Source of the DNA: Ignavibacteria bacterium
GTDB taxonomy: Bacteria; Bacteroidota; Ignavibacteria; Tepidaquicellales; OLB5
Reading direction: 5' to 3'
Assembly (NCBI GenBank): GCA_031430615.1
Contig: JANPBV010000381.1
Span: 1 to 62,074, forward strand
DNA length: 62,074 nt
Shown here: piece after piece, positions 45,825 to 53,807 of the stretch
How positions within the stretch are numbered: position 1 is the first letter of the stretch
Layout of the letters: each line of letters starts with the position of its first letter
Translations under genes and position numbers: made by a program
The notes under the pieces: model-generated
Seen by the model: only the letters and a program-made list of their open reading frames with translations
What the model was told of the DNA's origin: nothing
The model's database searches: none

Positions 45825-45917
45825 AACGGTACTTATTGAGGGCTGCTCCTCGGTAAGGATGGATGAAGGTGGCATTGAGCCATTCAAACAAGGCGGGTGG
45901 GAACCCGCTTTGTGTTT
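45825..45917 (+). ncRNA. Candidate orphan small RNA (~90 nt), ends approximate
   Basis: Promoter-like elements at 45813-45823. Terminator aaggcgggt-ggga-acccgcttt plus gtgttt at 45889-45917. No credible ORF. Confidence 0.35.
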
Positions 45918-46036
45918 ATATAGACATCATAACAACTTTCCCATAAGTACATTACTTTCAGTTCAAAGTGGATCGATAAAGCAATTAAATGCACACCCCG
46001 TCTTTAATCATTACTGCCTATTGGTGAATTTTTATT

Positions 46037-46200
46037 ATGACTCCATGGGAGTCATACATTTATAGACTATGGCCTTTAAAAAAAATGACCCCGTAGGGGT
46101 CACACATAATATATAATTTATTCAAACGTGCGACTCCTATGGAGTCGAAATAGAAATCTATTAAAAATCTATAAAGGTGCAACTCCTTCGGAGTTGAATT
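46037..46200 (+). repeat. Four-hairpin array, locus 3 (unit order A-B-C-D)
   Basis: atgactcc-atg-ggagtcat (46037), tgacccc-gta-ggggtca (46086), cgactcc-tat-ggagtcg (46131), caactcc-ttc-ggagttg (46180). Collinear with locus 2. Confidence 0.9.
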
Positions 46201-46292
46201 TATCCATTCCCAAGCAGGAGCTTGGGAACGATAGTGAAGAGTACGATGAATCAATACCCGCATTCCTGCATGGCGCGTGGATGACAAAAACT

Positions 46293-47099
46293 TTACTTCA
46301 GTTTAAAAACAAAAGGAACTGAAACCCATACTTTTACAGGCTTCCCGTTCTGCAAACCGGGTGTAAATTGTAATCTCATGGATTTTGATGAAACCTCATC
46401 TCGGAATATATCGGGTCCGCTCACACTGCCTACCTTTAAAACGCTTCCGTCAACATCCACAAGCACTTTAACGGTTACCTTGCCTTCTATCTGGGCTTCA
46501 ATTGCCATTGGGGGATAAACCATTGAAGACCTGATCTGGTCAAGGTTAACCGCTTCAGGGGCTTTCTCAACTTCAAATGACTGGTATACGGTTTTTTCTT
46601 TTTCTTCTGTGTTAATTTCTTTTTTAGTGATCTTTTCTTCTATCTTTTTATCTTCAATTTTTATGGGTCCCGAAAAAGTAAATTTACCGGTATCTCCTGT
46701 CATTGAAACCGGCGTTTTAATATCTTCCAGCTGCTGTTGAGTTTTAATTGTTTGCACATCAGCTCTTTCTTTGGCAACAGGTTCGGGTGTCAGCGCTTCC
46801 AGGTCCTTGGTTGGAGTTGTGATCTCTTCGACCTTGGGTGGAGGCTCTTCTTCATCCAGCGCTGATGGCGGCGGTTCAAGATCAGCCAAAGAAACATTTA
46901 TCACTCTTTGCTGTATGGATTTTAGTTCCTGTTCCTGCTGATAAACTGTATAATAATGAATTCCGCCGTAAGTAATTATCGCAAGAATGTGCAAAATTAT
47001 GGCGAACACAAGGCCTTTCTCCAAGTTCTTCCTGTAAGGGATCTTTAACTCATCAGTAAAACTTGAAGGAAGACTATTTAAAGCAATTATAGCGCTCAT
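46293..47099 (-). CDS. tonB: TonB-family energy transducer
   Basis: N-terminal TM anchor; Pro/Glu-rich spacer (EPPPSALDEEEPPPKVEE); C-terminal TonB_C (YPPMAIEAQIEGKVTVKVLVDVDGSV...G.PV). Confidence 0.8.
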   Translation of the reverse strand: MSAIIALNSLPSSFTDELKIPYRKNLEKGLVFAIILHILAIITYGGIHYYTVYQQEQELKSIQQRVINVSLADLEPPPSALDEEEPPPKVEEITTPTKDLEALTPEPVAKERADVQTIKTQQQLEDIKTPVSMTGDTGKFTFSGPIKIEDKKIEEKITKKEINTEEKEKTVYQSFEVEKAPEAVNLDQIRSSMVYPPMAIEAQIEGKVTVKVLVDVDGSVLKVGSVSGPDIFRDEVSSKSMRLQFTPGLQNGKPVKVWVSVPFVFKLK

Positions 47100-47142
47100 T
47101 ACACGCCCTCCTTATAGAATTATTAATTATTCAAATAAAAAT

Positions 47143-47176
47143 CAAAAAAGCAATCCTGCATCAGCAAAATTGCTTT
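47143..47176 (-). terminator. Intrinsic terminator (minus strand)
   Basis: aaagcaat-(14 nt)-attgcttt. The A6 on the plus-strand left side gives a T run on the minus strand. Confidence 0.65.
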
Positions 47177-47274
47177 GTAATTCCCGAAATCTTTAAAGGC
47201 TGTATTAAATTTCAACCTTAACATTTCATTTTAACCCCTTAACCTTAAAAAGGATAAGAAAATTTATATATTAT

Positions 47275-47802
47275 TTATGAATGAGCGAAAGAACACTCCC
47301 TGATCTTTTCTCTCAATTCTTCCAGTTTCAAAAAAGGAAGATGTGTATTTAATTCATGAATTAGCATATTGATCTTTTTATTCGCATCCCGCTTCAGCAG
47401 GTCAGCAAGGGCTATCATCTCAGCCTGGAGCAGATCTTTTTCTTTTCTGATCTCACCGTTCACTGAAAAAATATTTTTTAATGCTTCAAACAGTAATAGT
47501 ATATTGTTATTTTCGTTTTTCAAAGCATCGGCTAGCGATTTATCAGGCATGACTTCTGCAAGCTCTTTATATAAAATTTCCTCTTCAAGAACAAATAATC
47601 TGCTCAGTTCATCATAATAATTATTTACTGTTTCGTTAATTGACCTGATTAAATGGGTATTTATTCCTTCTTTTTCTATATCCCAATATAGTTCATCCAA
47701 AGCTGCAGACATTTCTGTCATTCTTCTGTATTCATCCTCAAAAAAGCTTGTTGGACTTTCTGACTTTTTTCCGATAATATCTGTTTGTTCTAGATTTTTC
47801 AT
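47275..47802 (-). CDS. Helical-bundle protein, function unknown (weak hemerythrin/HHE-like resemblance)
   Basis: 175 aa, all-helical composition. 1-nt gap behind the ferredoxin gene, so probably co-transcribed. Confidence 0.3.
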   Translation of the reverse strand: MKNLEQTDIIGKKSESPTSFFEDEYRRMTEMSAALDELYWDIEKEGINTHLIRSINETVNNYYDELSRLFVLEEEILYKELAEVMPDKSLADALKNENNNILLLFEALKNIFSVNGEIRKEKDLLQAEMIALADLLKRDANKKINMLIHELNTHLPFLKLEELREKIRECSFAHS

Positions 47803-47803
47803 G

Positions 47804-48136
47804 TCAGTTCAAGCTGATTTTGGCTATAGAAAGCGGATTAATTTTAATTTTTACATTTATTATTCCTTCAATATCATTATCTTCATTAGTGATACAGCAG
47901 GAAACCGGACATACATCGTTACATCTTGGAGAAGAAAATGTTCCATTACACTCATTACAGATAGCCGGATTTATGTAATAATGGTCAAAAGACTGATAAG
48001 GTTTAGCAATGTATAAATTATTCAGGTATATCGAGCGTTTACCCGGGTCGTTCAACTTAGGCATAACCGCATGAACCGGGCACTCTGCTTCGCAAGCGCT
48101 GCAATTGATGCAATCGTGAGTTATATAAACGGACAT
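47804..48136 (-). CDS. 4Fe-4S dicluster ferredoxin
   Basis: 110 aa; CINCSACEAECP and CNDVCPVSCC cysteine motifs. Confidence 0.8.
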   Translation of the reverse strand: MSVYITHDCINCSACEAECPVHAVMPKLNDPGKRSIYLNNLYIAKPYQSFDHYYINPAICNECNGTFSSPRCNDVCPVSCCITNEDNDIEGIINVKIKINPLSIAKISLN

Positions 48137-48305
48137 TTTAACCTCCCGTTAATACTGCTGAAATATTATTTAAAAGAACAGGATAATTCTGCAATTTTTG
48201 TGTTTTTTACTAATTTGATCTATTAAGAGTTAATACATTGCAGTAATTTAACTTATATCCCTGTTCAAACTATTCAAAAATACCATTAATATGGCGCTGT
48301 TTCCT

Positions 48306-48341
48306 ATGATATGCCTCAATATTCAATATGATATTTATCAT
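48306..48341. promoter_or_regulatory. Two adjacent FNR-like boxes upstream of the ferredoxin operon
   Basis: aTGATatgcCTCAA (48306-48319) and aTGATatttATCAt (48328-48341; perfect palindrome), 170-190 nt upstream of the ferredoxin start. Confidence 0.4.
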
Positions 48342-48344
48342 AAT

Positions 48345-48375
48345 AAAAATCCGCATATTATAACAATATGCGGAT
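48345..48375 (-). terminator. Intrinsic terminator of the usp operon (minus strand)
   Basis: atccgcatat-(7 nt)-atatgcggat. The A run on the plus-strand left side gives a T run on the minus strand. Confidence 0.75.
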
Positions 48376-48408
48376 ATTAAGCTAAAAACTGCTCTAAGAA
48401 ATTATGAA

Positions 48409-49263
48409 TTATTTCTTTTTTAAATTTACAACAAGAATAGGAATGTGTGATAATCTGACTATTCCCTCAGAAACATCTTCGGAAAAAAATCTCCTCAAAC
48501 CTTTTTTCCCGTGAGTGCCAATGGCAATCAAATCGGCTTTTACTTCACGTGAATAGTTTAAGATCCCTTCTTCTTTCATGTAATCATTGTAAAGGGCAGT
48601 TACAAATTTCCCACCATTCTTTTTGTTGAAGTCCTCCATTTTACGTCTGTCATCAATTGTACGGCTGAACTGATCCATAGTATTTATCTTTAGCAAGTGA
48701 ATTTTAGATTTGAAAAGCTTTGCCATTTGATTAATAAATGGAAAAATAGCGTATGCTTCCTGAGAAAAATCTGAAGCAAAAACTATGGTATTAAACACAG
48801 CTTTTGATGGTTTTATAGGGATAACTAAAACCGGTCTTTTAGAGAATCGGACAACACGCTCGGCGGTACTTCCCAGAATTATTTCCTTTAGGTTTCCAGA
48901 GCCATGTGAGCCCATTACTATCATATCTGCTTTTATCTTTTCAGCATATTCAATTATAGAATTATGAATATTTGAAGTGATATCATTATTAACAAAAACC
49001 TTAATCCCCTGTAAAGATTTTCTCTTTTTTAAATCACCCAGTTTTGCAAGCGAAGTTTTCCTCAGGTTATCATTTATACCCTCGATCATAATTGATGCAG
49101 GAGGAGCCAATACAATCGGATCAGTAGAATAATAATAGTTTGACACTTCAGCAGCATTAAAGATATGCACCTCAGCCGCCGTTTTACGGGCTATTGCTGC
49201 CGCTGCATCAATGCCATAATAAGATGGCTCCGAAAAATCTGTTGGGACCAGTATTTTTTTCAT
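48409..49263 (-). CDS. Tandem universal stress protein (two UspA domains)
   Basis: 284 aa; MKKILVPTDFS start; two G.HG..G......GS..E.V ATP-binding-type motifs. Confidence 0.85.
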   Translation of the reverse strand: MKKILVPTDFSEPSYYGIDAAAAIARKTAAEVHIFNAAEVSNYYYSTDPIVLAPPASIMIEGINDNLRKTSLAKLGDLKKRKSLQGIKVFVNNDITSNIHNSIIEYAEKIKADMIVMGSHGSGNLKEIILGSTAERVVRFSKRPVLVIPIKPSKAVFNTIVFASDFSQEAYAIFPFINQMAKLFKSKIHLLKINTMDQFSRTIDDRRKMEDFNKKNGGKFVTALYNDYMKEEGILNYSREVKADLIAIGTHGKKGLRRFFSEDVSEGIVRLSHIPILVVNLKKK

Positions 49264-49291
49264 AATTAGAAGGTTTTCATTTAGAATTTTA

Positions 49292-49576
49292 CTAAATAGA
49301 ATCTTTAATTGCTGAGAATTCCGCTTCTGCTTCAGTTTCCATTTTTTTAAGTCTTGTATAATAGTCAGGTATTTCCTTCAAATGAGCAAGAGCAATTTTA
49401 GCGGTCATTGTAAGGTCATCTCCTGTAACGTTTGTCACGGGGTCAACCATACCATGCTCCAGCTCAACTTCAAGCCCCATCCTGAACTGTTCAATATCAT
49501 ATTTCTGCCAGTCAATGCCAAGCGCTTCACCTGCCCATTTAGCTTCTTCCGTTGTGAATGTTCTTTTAGTTATCAT
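49292..49576 (-). CDS. Small conserved hypothetical protein
   Basis: ~94 aa; GLEVELEHG and AKIALAHLKEIPDYY motifs. Family name not confidently recalled. Upstream of usp, same strand. Confidence 0.4.
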   Translation of the reverse strand: MITKRTFTTEEAKWAGEALGIDWQKYDIEQFRMGLEVELEHGMVDPVTNVTGDDLTMTAKIALAHLKEIPDYYTRLKKMETEAEAEFSAIKDSI

Positions 49577-49804
49577 AATTAACAAATTTAAGTTTAGTAA
49601 TTATAATATAATAAACAATTGCCATATAGAGTATTTCATAATTTATCTTTTCAATCAATTAAACAAATTATAAGTTTATAAGTTCTTATATATAAACAAA
49701 AAACTACGCAGACATAGTATTCCGCGCAGTTTAGATATAGAAAACAGAATAAAAAAAAAGAAATTATATAAAACTTAAACTACATATTCTTAAATAAATA
49801 TCCT

Positions 49805-50470
49805 TTAACTTACAAATTCTTTAGCATTAAGTATTGCCGTTGTTCTGAGAAGCGGCAGATTAAGTATCTTTATACTGCCTGAGGAAAATGTTATCAATCC
49901 CCTGTGAGTGAATTCAGTGATTATTTTTTTCATATAGCTCTTTGAAGTACAGGTATAGCTTGCCAGTTCATCTATAGATAAATGTATATTCACTTCTTTA
50001 GATTTGCTCATTCCGTATTTATCAATTAAGACAAGAAGTGTGTCTGCAAATCTTTCATCAGACATTTTTTCACTTATCCTTACAATATGATCTTCCATTG
50101 AATCTATCCTTGAGCAAAGACTTTTCATTACCAGAAGCTTATAAGTATTGTTAGAATTTACCAGCTCCATAAAATCATGCGCAGAGATAAAACTAGCCCT
50201 TGTTTCTGAAATTGCAGTTGCAGAATTTGTATATGAGTGATTATTAACAATAGAATGCAAACCAAGAATTTCTCCGGCTGTTGCAAGATGTAATATTCTT
50301 TCCTGTTCAGAATGTTCATCTTTGAAAATTTTCACACTGCCAGACTCGATACAATACAGCCCTGCCGGAAGGTCATTTTCTTTGAATAACACATCATTTT
50401 TATGAAAAATGAACTGAGTTAGTTCACCGTAATTTTTAATAATTTCCTCTAAACCAGTGTTTGTTGCCAT
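49805..50470 (-). CDS. Crp/Fnr-family transcriptional regulator (no N-terminal Cys cluster)
   Basis: 221 aa; cNMP-binding beta-roll (GLYCIESGSVKIF..........LHLATAGEILG) plus C-terminal HTH. Confidence 0.8.
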   Translation of the reverse strand: MATNTGLEEIIKNYGELTQFIFHKNDVLFKENDLPAGLYCIESGSVKIFKDEHSEQERILHLATAGEILGLHSIVNNHSYTNSATAISETRASFISAHDFMELVNSNNTYKLLVMKSLCSRIDSMEDHIVRISEKMSDERFADTLLVLIDKYGMSKSKEVNIHLSIDELASYTCTSKSYMKKIITEFTHRGLITFSSGSIKILNLPLLRTTAILNAKEFVS

Positions 50471-50526
50471 TTTGTTATAATGTTCACTTTCATAACAAAA
50501 TTAGCTCTTTTTGAATGCATAAAACA

Positions 50527-50540
50527 ATGATTTGAGTCAT
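50527..50540. promoter_or_regulatory. FNR-like box upstream of the Crp-family gene
   Basis: aTGATttgaGTCAt, ~60 nt upstream of the start at 50470. Confidence 0.35.
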
Positions 50541-50632
50541 AAAAAAATATGATATATGTAGCCTGAAATTATGATTTAAAGGGTAAAAGAAACAGTAAAA
50601 TATATTAATTACCTGAGAAAATGAAAAAAAAA

Positions 50633-51340
50633 TTAATCGAAAATATGAGCGGTTTTTATCAGACCCTGATGATTGTTTATCCTTATTTTCTTTCCAACAA
50701 GTTCAATAAGTTTTTCGCTTTTGAAATCAGAAAGAATGCGTATTGTGGTTTCAGTTGCAGTACCTACAATATTAGCAATATCTTCCCTGGAAATAACAGC
50801 ATTTATAGAACCCTCTTTATCGGTTCCGTAAAACTCATTAAGCATCATTAAGACTTCAGCCATTCTTTCACGAACAGGTTTTTGAGCAAGACCGGTAAGT
50901 CGGGCTTCAGCTTCTTTTAAGTCGTGGGATAAAAGCTGCATCATTTTTGTTGATAGATCAGAATTAGTATGGAGGAAATCAAAAAAAGTTCTCTTGGGAA
51001 TAAAACAAACTGTTGCGTCTTCCATTACAGCTGCTGTACCTGAATATACTTCACCGCTTATCAGTGACCGGTAACCTAAAATATCACCCTCTTTTACAAG
51101 TCTTAATATTTGTTCTTTCCCCTCTTCACCTGTCTGGAATAACTTGATCTTTCCTTTGTTAACACAATAAACTCCGGCAGGTTTATTTCCTTCATTGAAA
51201 ATAATCTGACCTCTTTTATATATGCTGCAATTTTTTTCGGAATCCATTTCGGAAATTTGAGCTCCGGTAAGAGAACAGAAAACATTGCCTAAATGGGAGA
51301 TACATTCATCACAAACGGGATGTTCAAACTGTGATTTCAT
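50633..51340 (-). CDS. FNR-type (Fe-S, oxygen-sensing) Crp/Fnr-family regulator
   Basis: 235 aa. N-terminal C-x2-C-x8-C (HPVCDECISHLGNVFC) plus ATVCFIPKRTF, aligned with E. coli FNR SMVCEIPFETL (Cys122). HTH GTATETTIRIL versus FNR GLTVETISRLL. Confidence 0.7.
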   Translation of the reverse strand: MKSQFEHPVCDECISHLGNVFCSLTGAQISEMDSEKNCSIYKRGQIIFNEGNKPAGVYCVNKGKIKLFQTGEEGKEQILRLVKEGDILGYRSLISGEVYSGTAAVMEDATVCFIPKRTFFDFLHTNSDLSTKMMQLLSHDLKEAEARLTGLAQKPVRERMAEVLMMLNEFYGTDKEGSINAVISREDIANIVGTATETTIRILSDFKSEKLIELVGKKIRINNHQGLIKTAHIFD

Positions 51341-51499
51341 ATTTTTGAATTACACTTTAAATACAGCAAATCTGTATCATTTTAAGTAATTATAACTTTC
51401 AAAAATATATTAAAAAAGCAATTAAATAAAGCCAAAATGAGATATAAATCATATAAATAGATAACCTAAAAATTCGATAATTACATAATTTACAAATAC

Positions 51500-51964
51500 T
51501 TAAAAATATGATATATATAGTTGTAGGTTAGTTTGGGTGTATTTTAATTTGATATTGAATTTTTCCTCATACCAAAACCTGATAATTTGCGCTTTGCCAT
51601 CTGCAATTAAAATACATACTGCAGTAATATCTTCATAATCAGCAAATTTAGGAATAACATCTTTATTATCATTTTCATACCCAAAGTTCTTAACCAGGTC
51701 ATTATAAATTTCAACAAAACGGTTGGCATTAGGATAGTTTACGGTACAAACATAACCAAGCCCTTTATTCAATAACACACGGTCAAACATACCCGGATCA
51801 TTTTTAAGATATACATCTGTTCCGGCAGCATCAAGCGAGTTGTTATACGCATAACCCTGAATATTGTTCGGGTCAGATACATCAATTCCGCATGCAGTTT
51901 GAGAATGAGCACAAACTGCGATAACAAAAATAATAATTATAAAAAAAATCTTAGTAAAATTCAT
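51500..51964 (-). CDS. Secreted hypothetical protein
   Basis: 154 aa; signal peptide; three Cys. Co-directional with, and 92 nt downstream of, the prophage repressor gene. Confidence 0.5.
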   Translation of the reverse strand: MNFTKIFFIIIIFVIAVCAHSQTACGIDVSDPNNIQGYAYNNSLDAAGTDVYLKNDPGMFDRVLLNKGLGYVCTVNYPNANRFVEIYNDLVKNFGYENDNKDVIPKFADYEDITAVCILIADGKAQIIRFWYEEKFNIKLKYTQTNLQLYISYF

Positions 51965-52056
51965 TTATGATATTTTTGAGATGACCCAAAGGGTACCCGC
52001 TTTGTCCACGCCACAGGTGGGCAGGCACTTTCGTTCCTCGCAAACTATGGTTAAAA

Positions 52057-52731
52057 CTATTTAACATCTCTTATTATCCGGTTTACCTTATATATTTTGA
52101 TAAACTCATTTTCTGAATGGTTTGTAGGCGGATATTTAGTATTAATACTGTACAATGTAATAAGTTTATTTCTTCTATCCCAGATTATGAGCTTTGCGTT
52201 TGCTTCAATAGTATCAGGCATGGATTTAAAAACGGCAACCACTGCAGTATTATCTTTTACTTTCTCCTGGTGCTCACTACAAAGCAGCTTATCACCCGGG
52301 TTAATGTATGGTCTCATGGAGTCACCCTTGGCTATAAGCACAAAAGGATTAACAAGCATTGATGAGTCCGAAAGATCAACAACCTTAGAAGCTGAGTCGG
52401 GCCATTCCGCAGATGGAGAGCCGCACTCCGCATAACCAAGCACCGGCACACGGCGGAACTTCACGGCTTTGGGCTCTGTATCCAGCCTGCTTTTTGCAAC
52501 ATAGCCAAAGATCGAATCCATGGAAATTCCGTGGATATTCTTTAACTTTTCAAGCTGGTCAATTGACCAATCGCTTATTCCCCTTTTTATCTTGCTTAGT
52601 GACCCTGCGTTTTCATCAATACTATGCGCAAGCGCGTAGATTGAGTTTATTCCCTTTGCCGATAGCATAGGGAATATTTTTTCGTTCAACTTCATGGTAA
52701 GTGAACGGTCTTTTGTGTATTTTTTTTTCAT
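52057..52731 (-). CDS. cI/LexA-like phage repressor (XRE HTH + S24 peptidase)
   Basis: N-terminal HTH; C-terminal VPVLGYAECG ... AKGDSMRPYINPGDKLL ... AKLI (Ser/Lys dyad). Confidence 0.85.
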   Translation of the reverse strand: MKKKYTKDRSLTMKLNEKIFPMLSAKGINSIYALAHSIDENAGSLSKIKRGISDWSIDQLEKLKNIHGISMDSIFGYVAKSRLDTEPKAVKFRRVPVLGYAECGSPSAEWPDSASKVVDLSDSSMLVNPFVLIAKGDSMRPYINPGDKLLCSEHQEKVKDNTAVVAVFKSMPDTIEANAKLIIWDRRNKLITLYSINTKYPPTNHSENEFIKIYKVNRIIRDVK

Positions 52732-52766
52732 TTTATTATTATATAAATCAGTTATTTATGAAAATA

Positions 52767-52825
52767 TATATGCATATACCATATATTGCACTTGACATAT
52801 ATGCATTTTGCATATATATTTGCAT
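52767..52825. promoter_or_regulatory. Operator/promoter region: ATATATGCA half-site repeats with TTGACA-N17-TATATT
   Basis: Palindrome tatatgcatata (52767-52778); IR atatatgca-ttt-tgcatatat (52797-52817); extra half-sites atatattgca (52781-52790) and tatatttgca (52815-52824); TTGACA 52792-52797 and TATATT 52815-52820. Confidence 0.65.
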
Positions 52826-53120
52826 CGTGTTTAGGTACTTACTCAAATATAACAATAAATATCATAAAGTAATTTCTAAATTTTCTTACATAATATTCAG
52901 AAACAATAATGCAATAAATGAATTAATCATAAGACTACGAAACTGAACTCAACTCAGAAACGAGTCAGGAAAACCAGTCTTAAGTCTGAAAATTATAAAA
53001 AATTACAATATTGCTGATGATTACGGGATTTATATAGAATGATAAGACCTTCCTTCGCTAGCGCTCAGTAAGGCATACAAGTATAGCTTTTGTAGTCTAA
53101 ACAATTAAATAATTTTAACA

Positions 53121-53300
53121 ATGTATAACCTAAACCCTGAGTTTGAGCTTGTAAAGAATGAAGGTAAATCTAATGAAGCAGTGCTTTGCTCATCCTGTAA
53201 CAGGATACTGCTGACCAATCTTAATAATGAACTTATAAAGCTTCATAACAGGAATAAGTATGTAGTCAGACCTGTACTTATACACATTAAACCCAATTAA
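53121..53300 (+). CDS. Small phage ORF (59 aa), function unknown
   Basis: ATG..TAA ORF below the track cutoff (MYNLNPEFELVKNEG...CSSC...), ends 21 nt before TerS. Coding status uncertain. Confidence 0.3.
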   Translation: MYNLNPEFELVKNEGKSNEAVLCSSCNRILLTNLNNELIKLHNRNKYVVRPVLIHIKPN

Positions 53301-53321
53301 TTTTTAAATCTTACTAAAACA

Positions 53322-53807
53322 ATGCCTAAGAAAGAAAAAAAATCAAATTTTAACGAGGATACAACTAAAAGTATCTTAAAGCTGGTATCACATGGCGTAA
53401 AGAACAATGAAATTGAAAGTATTCTTAGAATTGAAAAAGGAAGCATTGAAGAGTTCTCTAAAAAGTCAGCGGAATTTAAAACAGAAATGGAAATTGCGCC
53501 TTTAAAGCTTGATATTCAGGTTGAAGAGGCATTACTCAGGAGGTCGCTGGGATATGAGACAACGGAAGAGCAATGGATATACACTCCGATTTTCACTGTT
53601 GGAATTGATGAGCCTGAATTAAAGCTAAAGGAGATAAGGAAAGTTAAAAAGATCGTTCCGCCTGACGCTTCTTCAGATCTGATATGGCTTTACAACCGCA
53701 GAGGTGAAAGATGGAGCAAGAATCCGAATGCAAACAGTGAACTAAGTAACAATGAGACTGAAATCTTAAAAAAGAGAGTATTTGAAATTGTCGATGAAAA
53801 CCTTTGA
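53322..53807 (+). CDS. Terminase small subunit
   Basis: 161 aa. ALLRRSLGYE...VPPDASSDLIWLYNRRGERWSKNP matches the L.R.A.GY....PPD..A.IFWLKNR.P..W signature of phage TerS. Confidence 0.8.
   Translation: MPKKEKKSNFNEDTTKSILKLVSHGVKNNEIESILRIEKGSIEEFSKKSAEFKTEMEIAPLKLDIQVEEALLRRSLGYETTEEQWIYTPIFTVGIDEPELKLKEIRKVKKIVPPDASSDLIWLYNRRGERWSKNPNANSELSNNETEILKKRVFEIVDENL

Noticed and set aside
45825-45917. SRP (4.5S) RNA on the minus strand, suggested by a GGAGCAGCC-like string.
   Set aside because: The helix 8 pairing partners and the conserved 5'-side AGGUCAGG-type loop cannot be built. The flanking sequences are direct repeats (attgag..attgag), not complementary.
45808-46322. Three overlapping ORFs (85, 75 and 64 aa).
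   Set aside because: They run through a terminator and the four-hairpin repeat array, with no RBS and no motifs.
52097-52670. Three plus-strand ORFs (112, 81 and 85 aa).
   Set aside because: All are antisense to the S24 repressor gene, which has clear HTH and GDSMRP motifs.
51985-53078. Repeat fragments flanking the repressor block as split halves of an att site (a circularised-element signature).
   Set aside because: The left fragment also contains the end of the supposed other half (aagg-gtacccgc). The shared core is only ~12 nt, and the same words occur at several unrelated loci.
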